Under the pieces are notes generated by a model that worked only from the letters and a program-made list of their open reading frames with translations, ran no database searches and was not told the DNA's origin. 64,000 nt of DNA. Source: Geosiphon pyriformis uo1. Taxonomy: Eukaryota > Fungi > Glomeromycota. Made by a program: the position numbers and the translations under genes. The stretch lies in NCBI GenBank assembly GCA_016748015.1, contig JAAOMT010000328.1, forward strand, positions 248,001 to 312,000, given 5' to 3'. Below, one piece after another: positions 11,023 through 21,051 of the stretch. Position 1 is the first letter of the stretch. Each line of letters opens with the position of its first letter.

Positions 11023-14000
11023 ATGGCAGCTAATGATACTTCATACAATACCTTAATAATCGGCTGGCGTCTACAAGGACTTCATGTTCTAATTATTGGT
11101 GGTAATCAAGTGGCTGCCAACCGTCTGGAATTTGCTAATTCCTCGAATCCCGCCAAAATCACTGTGATTTACCCACGAGCTAAAATAACTTCCCTTGTAC
11201 TTATAGAGCATATTGATAAAGGGGCGATTTCATTCATTAATAGAGAATTTCAAATTGAAGATCTAGATGATAATGTTAAACCTAAAAGCAATGAGGGATC
11301 TCATTATGGTAAGGTGGATTTGGTGCTGTCAGCAACAAATAATCTATCGCTTTCAAAAGAAATTGCGGCGGCTGCCAGGAAAAGACGAATTCCTGTGAAT
11401 GTTGCAGAAATCCCGGAATTATGTGATTTCCTTTTTATGCCAACCTACCGAGATAAATATCTACAATTTTCTGTTACTACGAATAATAGCTCTTCCCCAA
11501 GTGGAACAGGATTAGTTACGCGTAAGATAAGAGACCACTTATTGAATAGTTTACCGAAACAAAATGTCATTTTGGCCGCCATTAATAATATTGGATTATT
11601 GAGAGATAATTTAAGTGTTGATTCACATACTTTGGCAACCCTATCAAAAATTACTGAAACAATGGCTCTAGATCAATTGGCGGGATTATCTGAAGAGGAC
11701 ATAAAAATATTGGTAGCTGAGAACTCTGTTTCAATAAGTAATCGAAGTGTGGATTTAGACGAAGTAGCTTCGAGTTCGAGTAACGACGAAAAAAAGTCAG
11801 ATGATACAGTTTTTGACGAAAATACTATCTCAAACGATAATTTCTCAATAAATTCCAAGTTTTATGAAAATTTTCTAGATTGGAGCTCACATGGGTCTCA
11901 TTTAATAGATGGAAAAACCGCTGTGGCATACATCGCCTACGCATTGAGTTCTATACTTTTCGTCTATCCGGGAACCACAATAGAACATGTTAGGCAAGTT
12001 GCCGAACAATGGGCCTCACAAAATGTTCCAAATATATTTGAGGGAAATGTTGTCGTTCAAGCAATGGAAACTAGATTTGGTGCTTCCACAGCTATTCTTG
12101 GAGTGGCAGAAGCTTCTCGGAAGATTTCAGAAATAGATTTAAGATCTGGACATATATCTACTTTTGCAACTTCGCAAACAATTGTTAATATGATTCCAAA
12201 TCTTTATGAAATTTCGCTCCAAAATATACCAATGGTTGTTCATGTAGCAACACAAGCAAATGATCAAGAGTTGAATAACATTGTGAATTATCATGATGTT
12301 CTGGAAGCTCGTGAGACAGGAGTATCTATTATAAATTCATATTCAGTGCAGGAAGCACATGATATAGCATTGATTGCATATTTGTGCTCTGCCTTGGCAA
12401 AAACTCCATTTCTGCATATTTTTGATGGAGTAAGAACGGCCCATGAATTTTCAAACATCAATACATTGTCTCACATTGATATCTTGAAGTTATACAGAGA
12501 GATTAATAGCGAGGAAACCACTTCTACGAATTATGATTTTAATCCACATAAAGTAAATTATGTGGGAAGCTCATTATCGACTATCTCGGAATTTGAATTG
12601 GTTGCAAATAAATTTGGTCAAAAAACTGGTCGACATTATAAATTGTTTGAATATGTAGGGGCACATGATTCAGAATCAATTTTGGTAGTATTTGGTGGAG
12701 AAACTATCCAAGTTAGAAATGCTATTAACAAATTAGGACATTATGGTGGGAAAGTTGGTGCTATAGTTGCAAGAGTTTACCGACCTTGGTCTGAAAAACA
12801 TTTTCTCGCTGCCGTTCCAAAAACCGTGAAACGAATAGCCATATTGGAACAATTTGCAGATGTGACGAAGACAAATGTAAGACACAGCTCTTCATTATTT
12901 TATGATGTTACTGCTTCGTTTCAGTCGGATATTTGGAATGGCTTGCCTCCGATACTTGTTGACGTAAAATACCCTATTAGTCAATCTATCAACGCTCGCA
13001 TAATAAAATTGTTACTTCATCAATTGGTAACCGGCACTAGTATTAATTTCAACGATGAACTTTTATCAACAATTGAGATTTCACCCTCTTCCCATAATTT
13101 GAAGCAATGCATCTTTTGGGATTCTGGATTGACGACAACCTCGATTGCTACCAAGCATATTTCGAAAATTTTAACGCTTGATCCACAGTTAAATATTTCT
13201 TGTTTATCCACTCATGACGCGTATAATAATGGTGGAGTTATAAAAACACACTTACAATTTGGCACTGATCGTATTTCCGGTGTTTATGAAGGTGAAGCAG
13301 GAGCTGATTTCATCGCTATACACGAGAGTAATTTGATATCGAAATATGAAATCCTGGCAGCAGCAAAAGAACGTACTGTTGTTCTCTTGAACACAAATTG
13401 GGATGTTGAGAATCTTGAAACAAAACTACCAAATGATTTCCGATTTGAAGCAGCTCAAAGAAACATTATGTTATATCTCATCAATGCCGAAAAAATTGTT
13501 TCTGAAGAAGGGTTAAATTCCGAAGCTGTCTGTTTAGTCCTTCAAATTGCTTTCTTGCGACTTTATAGTAATTCAAAACTGGACAACTCAATACAAACCG
13601 CAATTTCCGATTTGTATGAGGGACAAAATCCAATAGAGATTGCTAAGATTATTGGGAAAATCATCGAGAAGACTGAAAATTCACTTTTGCGATATGAGAT
13701 TCCTCCAACATGGTTACCCTTAGGAAAGTCGGATCAAGCTTTACCTTGCTCAATTTTTAACAATTCATTTGGACTGAACGTTGATGTTCCAATAACAAAA
13801 TCAAAGTTGAACAATTGGCACAAAGCTGCTTGGAATATTTTATTCAAAGAAGCGTTAAATACCGATCAAAAAATTCGACCAGACTTACCTGAAAAAACTT
13901 TTATAGTTCATGTAACTGAGAACCGACGTTTGACACCATTGACATATGATCGTAACTTGTTTCATATCGAATTTGCTATTAGTGATAAAGATTTTACTTA

Positions 14001-15045
14001 TGATCTGGGCGAAGCACTTGGAGTTTACGGACATAATGACCCCGTTGAAGTTCATCAATTTTTGGAATATTACGGACTTGATCCGAATGATATAATTTCT
14101 ATACCTAGTAAGGAAGGCAATCATTATGAAACAAGAACCATATTTCAATTGTTTTCACAAATTCTGGATATATTTGGTCGACCCTCAAAAAGATTTTACG
14201 AATCTCTCGCATTTTATGCCACAGACGAAACAGAAAAAAACAAATTATTATGGATTGCGAGTTCTGAAGGATCAAAAGAATTCAAACGCCGCGTTGATGA
14301 TACGATTAATTATGCCGAATTATTTTATGAATTTCCATCAGCAAGGCCACCTCCTCAAGATCTCGTGAATATCATTAACCCAATTAAACCACGTCATTAC
14401 TCAATTGCTTCAGCACAAAGTGTACATCCGGATCAAGTTCACCTATTAGTTGTCACCGTTGATTGGACTAACTCTCTCGGAAAAAAACGATTTGGCCATT
14501 GTACAAGATACCTTGCTGGTCTTAAAGTGGGTGAAAAAGTTACAGTATCAATAAAACCATCGGTGATGAAATTACCACCATCAGATAAACAACCAGTAAT
14601 CATGGCTGGACTCGGAACAGGAATGGCACCCTTTCGTGCTTTCATTGAGGAACGTGCATACAGAAAGTCATTGGGTAAAGAAGTAGGACCTATGATGTTA
14701 TATTTTGGCGCAAGAAATCGGTCAATGGAATATTTATATGGAGAAGAATTGGAAGCCTATCACGCCGAAGGACTTCTTACTTATCTTAGATTGGCGTTTT
14801 CTAGGGATCAACCACATAAAGTTTATATTCAACATAAGATGCAAGATGATGCCGAATTGTTACATGATTATTTATTGAAACAAGAAGGATGGTTTTATTT
14901 ATGTGGGCCAACTTGGCCAGTACCTGATGTACGTGATGCTATTGTCGACAGTTTTATAACTGCGGGTGGATTGACTGTGAGTGAAGCTAATGATTGGGTC
15001 AACAAATTGAAAGATTTGGAGCGTTATATTTTGGAGGTTTACTGA
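11023..15045 (+). CDS. MET10: Assimilatory sulfite reductase flavoprotein subunit (Met10-type) with N-terminal Met8/precorrin-2 dehydrogenase-like domain; intronless
   Basis: 1340-aa ORF. aa ~8-230 are Met8-like (LIIGWRLQGLHVLIIGGNQVA; RRIPVNVAEIPELCDF...LQFSVTTN). PFOR-like domains follow (IDGKTAVAYIAYALSSILFVYP; YSVQEAHDIA; VYRPWSEKHF), then the FAD/NADPH module (RHYSIAS, GHCTRYL, MAGLGTGMAPFRAF, AFSRDQPHKVYIQHKM, FYLCGP, RYILEVY). Confidence 0.9.
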   Translation: MAANDTSYNTLIIGWRLQGLHVLIIGGNQVAANRLEFANSSNPAKITVIYPRAKITSLVLIEHIDKGAISFINREFQIEDLDDNVKPKSNEGSHYGKVDLVLSATNNLSLSKEIAAAARKRRIPVNVAEIPELCDFLFMPTYRDKYLQFSVTTNNSSSPSGTGLVTRKIRDHLLNSLPKQNVILAAINNIGLLRDNLSVDSHTLATLSKITETMALDQLAGLSEEDIKILVAENSVSISNRSVDLDEVASSSSNDEKKSDDTVFDENTISNDNFSINSKFYENFLDWSSHGSHLIDGKTAVAYIAYALSSILFVYPGTTIEHVRQVAEQWASQNVPNIFEGNVVVQAMETRFGASTAILGVAEASRKISEIDLRSGHISTFATSQTIVNMIPNLYEISLQNIPMVVHVATQANDQELNNIVNYHDVLEARETGVSIINSYSVQEAHDIALIAYLCSALAKTPFLHIFDGVRTAHEFSNINTLSHIDILKLYREINSEETTSTNYDFNPHKVNYVGSSLSTISEFELVANKFGQKTGRHYKLFEYVGAHDSESILVVFGGETIQVRNAINKLGHYGGKVGAIVARVYRPWSEKHFLAAVPKTVKRIAILEQFADVTKTNVRHSSSLFYDVTASFQSDIWNGLPPILVDVKYPISQSINARIIKLLLHQLVTGTSINFNDELLSTIEISPSSHNLKQCIFWDSGLTTTSIATKHISKILTLDPQLNISCLSTHDAYNNGGVIKTHLQFGTDRISGVYEGEAGADFIAIHESNLISKYEILAAAKERTVVLLNTNWDVENLETKLPNDFRFEAAQRNIMLYLINAEKIVSEEGLNSEAVCLVLQIAFLRLYSNSKLDNSIQTAISDLYEGQNPIEIAKIIGKIIEKTENSLLRYEIPPTWLPLGKSDQALPCSIFNNSFGLNVDVPITKSKLNNWHKAAWNILFKEALNTDQKIRPDLPEKTFIVHVTENRRLTPLTYDRNLFHIEFAISDKDFTYDLGEALGVYGHNDPVEVHQFLEYYGLDPNDIISIPSKEGNHYETRTIFQLFSQILDIFGRPSKRFYESLAFYATDETEKNKLLWIASSEGSKEFKRRVDDTINYAELFYEFPSARPPPQDLVNIINPIKPRHYSIASAQSVHPDQVHLLVVTVDWTNSLGKKRFGHCTRYLAGLKVGEKVTVSIKPSVMKLPPSDKQPVIMAGLGTGMAPFRAFIEERAYRKSLGKEVGPMMLYFGARNRSMEYLYGEELEAYHAEGLLTYLRLAFSRDQPHKVYIQHKMQDDAELLHDYLLKQEGWFYLCGPTWPVPDVRDAIVDSFITAGGLTVSEANDWVNKLKDLERYILEVY

Positions 15046-15789
15046 ATTTACAAGTACACTGAGGTGTGTTTTTAATTGGCATTTGCGTTTCTTAATAGTA
15101 AATCAACTGGGTTTCATTGAATATTACATATTTACGCTTCAATAATTCTGATGTAAATATGAAAGTTTTGCCATTAGATGTTACTAAACAGTAGCCAATA
15201 GCATAAAGAGACTTGATGACTTGTATGAGTAATCGACCAACTATTATTTACAATCTTAACTAAACCTTTCCAAGTTCGCTTATAATGGAGAGTTTTTTTT
15301 TGAAAATTGTTTTGCTTTATTTTTTTCTGTACATTTTACATGTATATTTCAAGAAATTTTTTTTTGATCCAAGCACATTTATGGCATTTTACAATATTCG
15401 ATGCTTGTAAAAAGGATGTTAAATCTCTGTTACAATTAACTTTGGCATTTTAGATTAATGGTATTCCTATTTGAATTTAATTTTTATTATTACTTAATGT
15501 TATATTTGAAAAAAATATGTTTACATGACAAGAATTTTTGCAACAGATTTTAAAAAAACACTTTAATTTAATATTATGTATATACAAAATATAGTTTCAT
15601 TAAGTTTTTAATTATTAATATGAATATTTAAAATTATTTTATTTTATTAATTAAAAATATTGATTTAATATATACATTAATAAATTTAAAAAAAAAACAT
15701 AAAATTTAATTAATAATAATAATAATTTTAATTTGTAAAAAATTATGAATTTAATATGTCATCTTTTATATTATTTATATTTAATATTG

Positions 15790-16598
15790 TTCGCTCTGGC
15801 TTCACGAGTTCGTCGTCTGCGGCGCTTCGGTCTTATTTTATGAAGGCCCTGCACCATCGCTTGCCTGTGGCTAAGAGGAAAAGATTGTATAGTCCAAGTT
15901 ACCCTAGTGTGGCCTGCATCCGATGTGGGATGGTTGAGGATTCTGATCATAAGTTTTCTTGCGTCCATGATAGTCGCGCCAGAGAGGAACTGATTTCTAA
16001 CACTATTCAAGGATGGATTGGGTTGTTGGGTGCTTCTGCTGCCGGTTGTGAGGTAATCCGATCTCTACGTGAGGCTGGGTCTTCTGATCGCTTGTATATG
16101 TCACTGGCTAAGGGCTTTGTGATGAAGGAGTGGGTAGCTGAGACGACGTGTTTGTTGGGCGTCGAGTCTGATGGTGGCGTTTTGGTTGTTGAGTTGGTGC
16201 GTGGGTTTGCTGAAGTTCACAGGTCTGCCATGTGGTTGCCGACCGCTAAGCTGAGGGCGCATTACGAGAAGCACAACCTCTTGGTACGAGATGGATCTTC
16301 TATTCCGTCGATTTCTGGCTTGTCATCCTTATGGTCTCCTGAGCTGGTTCACAGTTTTGGTTTCAGGTTAGGTACGCATGTTTGCTTTGGGTTGCATCCA
16401 TGTTTGTCCAGGATGCGTTTTGGTTTCTTGCGAGATTTCCCTGTGTGCAGTGATTTAGGTGTATAGTGCTGCCTTGATTGGCCCGAGTGGCTGGTCACGT
16501 GTAGAAAGAGCATGAGCCACACTTAATTTAGAATCTTATATGATTGTATTTCTTTAGGTAGTGGTTGGGCTCGTAAAACGCAATAAAAAAAAATAATA
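15790..16598 (+). mobile_element. 5'-truncated LINE (3' zinc-finger region + 3'UTR + A-tail) with 11-bp TSD; little decayed
   Basis: SYFMKALHHRLPVAKRKRLYSPSYPSVACIRCGMVEDSDHKFSC; AATAAAAAAAAA tail; ATTTAATATTG duplicated at 15779-15789 and 16599-16609. GC- and CpG-rich inside very AT-rich flanks. Confidence 0.88.
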
Positions 16599-17143
16599 AT
16601 TTAATATTGATTTATTTAAAAAATATATATTAATTTAAACAAATTTAATTTGTAAAAACTTAAAATATTTAATATTTAATAGAACAATTAATAAATATTA
16701 TTTTTATTAATATATAATTAATTATAAACATTAATTTTTATAATGCTCAAAAATTAATTTTTGGTAAATTTTAATATTTTATTTAAACACATTTAATTTA
16801 AATTTTAAATCTTTGTAATTAATAATAAATTAAATAATATTTTACAATATAAATTTGTTAAAAATATCAAAATAATTTAAAATTAAAAATGTGAATTAAA
16901 TATTTGTAAAAATAGAATTACTTCAAATAATGATATTTTTATAATTTCAATAACAAGATATGTTTTACAAATTAAATTAAACCAATTAAAATAATTTCCT
17001 AAAGGGCCAAATACAATGATCACGGGATGAACAAATAATATATGCTCTGATCCATTCAAAAAAACTTTAGTTTTTTATAAACACTTCTTTCTCGCTATTC
17101 TGAAAGTACGCCGTAACCTTTATCATTAGCATTTTTGTTCAAA

Positions 17144-18230
17144 ATGTCGTATTCCTTTGCCTCCAGCTCAAGGAGTGCAGCTGATCTTTTCATGCCTGGA
17201 ATTGCTTTCAGTCGTGAAAAAAATAACGAAAAGAACTTAACTTCCAGTCGCCCTTACTCTCTTTCCAAAGCAAAAATGGATGGTGCGGATATTCGTTGTC
17301 GGAACTGTAAAGCCATCAAATCGCAGTTCAGCCAGATTGTTCGGGCTGGGGAGGAAGAAATCGATAAATTGAACGACCTAATTCTAGCCAAGGATAATCG
17401 AATAATTGAGTTTAACAAACGCTTAACACAACTAAACGACGCGACAAAGGTCAAGGATTCGCGAATCCGTCTACTCGAGGATTCTTTACGCGACAGAGAA
17501 TCGAGAATTATCGCGTTACAAGATCAGCTTATTTTCGAAAAGAACACTTCTCAAAAGGAAATTGAAGACGACGATGAAAATAAAGGACAGAGTGTGGCAA
17601 AAGAAGGTTCGACACCTTCTGTTTATTCCGCCTCATCAGTTTCTAGCGCTATAGATGACATACATGACGAAGATGATAAAAAACAAGAAATCGAGTGGGT
17701 GTTGTCTTTTGAAAAAAAATTTCAAACCTACGCTCAGCAGAAACACTATCATCATAATCCTCAAAACGAGAGAAACGGTACTTGAAAAAAATTTCATTTG
17801 AATAGTATTTCTACCAGCAATATCCAATCTCTTAACTTTTTTTCATCCTCTTTTCAGCGGTTGTTTCTAGTGAAACGAATCCTAAATCGACTAATCGAGT
17901 TTACATTGGCGGTATTCCACCAGAGATCCAAAAGCCCAGGTTGAAAAAATGCTTAGAAGTGACCTTTAATGGCAGGGTAGTGGAGATTGACATGTTGCCG
18001 ATCAAGGTTAGTCCCCGTTTTTGTATGTGGATTAATTTAAACTAATCAAATTCCTTGAATCACAAATTGATTCGCTTCCCTTCGTTTAGAAATGCGCGTT
18101 TGCTGAGTTTGCTCATCACGAGACCTACATGAATGCATTGAATCAGGGATACATTCAGCTGGATGGTGACACAATGCACATTAATCGCGTTAAGAAGCAT
18201 ACTCTTAGGGCGATGGGTTTTAAGGTCTGA
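17144..18230 (+). CDS. Coiled-coil + C-terminal RRM protein (exons 17144-17777, 17858-18006, 18090-18230)
   Basis: Exon 1 has CxxC and a heptad coiled coil. GT-AG splicing restores the frame into NRVYIGGIPPEI (RNP2) and KCAFAEFAHH (RNP1), with stop TGA at 18228-18230. Confidence 0.8.
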
Positions 18231-18526
18231 AATTATCAAGATCAGTTTAGTTATGTTGTAGATAGTTCTTTTCAAAGATAAACGCCCACACGTCAAGTTC
18301 TTTCGTCATGTATTTTTCATCTTTATATAGTCTCGTCTGGAGCTGTTCCTCTCGTTTTTTTTTGTTTTTTTTTTCGAATTTGGGTAAAATCCTAAATAAA
18401 TGACTTACGGTTGCATAGAGTATTTTCCATACTAGTATTTGCAAAATTTCTTTCTGCACAATTGTAAATGGCGATAATATGTAAAAGAAATGAAGTATCT
18501 TCAATATAGATCAAAGGTATTTTTGT

Positions 18527-20404
18527 TCATGATACATCCATTTCTGTATCGTATACTATTTCTCCACGTGCAACTGCGTTAACGAATTCCCGGCGAATCT
18601 CGGGTGTAATTAGCTTGTGGTTCTTAAATTTAAGTAATTCAAGCAATGAATCTTTCTGTTCAGGTGTCAAGTCTTGTTTATATCTTAGAGTGAGAAGAAT
18701 GAATGAGTAAAATAAGTTAATCATAATATGGTATTCAAGGATTTTAATTGCAAAAGAATATTTTGCTTAAATTCTTACCTTTGCGCGAATACAAGCAAGG
18801 ATTGATGCCATAAAACAGGCATTATTCGTTCATCCTTTTTAAATCGCAGAAAATGAAAAACTAACGCGTCCACTACTTTAAAAGGCAACGCGTATTTTTT
18901 GTCCAGTAATATGCGAATGAATAAACTATTGGATCCACTATACTCCATTTCAGCCAGTCTTAACAATGCGGCAGAGGAGTGCAAAACTGGAATGCTAACT
19001 TTGGTTATAACGCTTCCTATTATGGCTGCTTCTTTCAAGGTACAGGTGCCGGTCTGTAAAGTATAGTAGCCATATCAGTCCAATTTTTCCTCATGCATAT
19101 ATGGACCATTAAATCATTATAACTTACTTCACAAAGGGGAAAGAGAATTCCTTTGAAAAACCCAGCTGGCTTATACAATGCTTTTTTTAAAGCCATATAT
19201 AAGTGAAAATTTAGTTTTTTGTTTTCGTGAATGTCATCACGAACTTTTTCCAAAAGAATTAGATCGAAAAATCTAGAAAATATATAGATAGAGAAATAAA
19301 TATGATAAAGCACCAAAGTGTGAAACCGTCAGTAAAGCTAAAATAATTTGGATATTTACCTCTGAGCTTGTTTAGGCTTAACCGATACGAAGATTCTAGT
19401 TGCCTGGTAGGTAGCATTTGGGGTCCATTTTTCTGGACGTGTCAGATACAAAATATCCTCCCAGTTTGGCAATGAAGGTATGATCTTAAAAGCTTTCGGA
19501 AGTTTACCAGACTTGTACCGACTTAGCAATAAGCCCACCCTATAAATTGAATCATAAAACTTGTTTATAAAAAACGGCATAAACATCGTAGACAGAAACC
19601 AAACGTTTTGAATAAAATCTTGATTTTACTTCGAGTAAACTTCTAAGACTTTTGGATCGAGCCCACCTGGATTTGATTATCAAATAAATAAATAAATAAT
19701 TTGGAAAATTTAGGTTTATCAATAAAATCTCACCATTTTTACCCGAAACTTTTTTTCCTGACTTTGCATTTTGTTCTTCAATTTTTTCCGTGATAAGATC
19801 TGACAGTTTTCTTCGCTCCTTGCCACTAGGCAAAAATTTGCTCACTAGCTCTTGATCCTCTTCATCAATTTCCTATGTTTTTTAACAAAAAACAAATTTG
19901 CTGTTATCGGATGAGCCCCTATGTCTCATCGAATTACACATTTGAAAATAGTAATCCATACCAATTCTTCATATTCCTCTCCCTTCTCCCCTTCCTCATC
20001 TGAAGAATTAAATATATCTTTGCTTGTAGCACGATGAATTAATTGATCATCAATATTAGAGGTATTCAATTCCTCATTTTCACTCGCATCTTCGTCGTAA
20101 TTTAAAGAATCATCCTGAATCTCATCCTGTTGCTCCTTTGCTATTTTTAAGATTTTTCTTGATAGCTTCGGATCAATATACTCCTAGAAATAAAAATTTT
20201 CAGTCTAAATTATTATTAATTCATCAAAGGTATAAAAACACATATATAACTTACGTCCTCTTTTTCTTGCTGCTCATTTCTAGTGACAAATTTATTACGC
20301 AGGGGCTTCTTAGATATCTTTTCAGCATCTTCCAACTCAAGATGCAGCGGATCGTGACGCCGTTTTTTGGTTTTCAAACTTCTTTCTTGGGTGTCTTTAC
20401 CCAT
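18527..20404 (-). CDS. ENP1: Bystin / Enp1 (40S ribosome biogenesis factor), multi-exon
   Basis: [12 protein letters not shown]; [11 protein letters not shown]|[21 protein letters not shown]; [29 protein letters not shown]; [15 protein letters not shown]; LLDKKYALP; [11 protein letters not shown]; ITPEIRRE. Confidence 0.96.
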
Positions 20405-21051
20405 ATTGCAGCGTCAAATTTATTTCTGGGCTCGATAATTTTTTGTACAGGACAGGTGACTGGTCATTTCAACGAGTTTAATTCAACCAATCAGACAAAT
20501 CTTATGTTAATTTAAAAAACTAAACATTTGGTTTAATATTCTTATTAATTTTATATTACTAATATAATTAGAGTGTTTAATTTTAGACTACAGTGTTATT
20601 CCGAATTTAAATTCTAATTAATAAATAATTGTGTTGTTAAATATAATTATATTTAACAAATTATTTTTGGTTATAAAAACAAAACAAAACATATTTTAAA
20701 ATATAATTTTATTTAATTACATTATAATATTATTTAACTTAGAATTTTTTTTAAAAAAATACTATTGGTTTTAAAAGATAATTATGATTATTAAACTTTT
20801 TTTAAATAAATAGTTTTTACTTTAATATTTAATGTTTCTGTTAAAATTAAGTTGAACAATTTAAAAATTGTTTTTTAATTAATGTTTTTACAATTAAAAA
20901 TCATAGTTTTTATTAATTAATACATGTATTAACCAGATAATATTATATAATTAACCATTTTATTTTTAAATAATTATTATTAACTTAATTATTAATCTAA
21001 TTATTGATTTAATTGTTATTTAATTGTTAATTTAATTATTAACTTTTTAAT

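Noticed and set aside
11673-14645. Short antisense and alternate-frame ORFs within MET10 and within the retroelements
   Set aside because: These are shadow ORFs of real coding frames with no independent motifs.
15756-16466. 236-aa ORF as a host gene
   Set aside because: It is a LINE ORF2 C-terminus; the ATG comes by chance from AT-rich flank upstream of the TSD.
18055-18275. Possible snRNA/snoRNA on the minus strand (TGATGA box, AATTTGTG Sm-like site)
   Set aside because: The region is better explained as the intron and last coding exon of the plus-strand RRM gene.
535-20404. U12-type minor introns in the host genes
   Set aside because: No RTATCCTT donors were seen at the junctions inspected; all appear to be GT-AG major introns.
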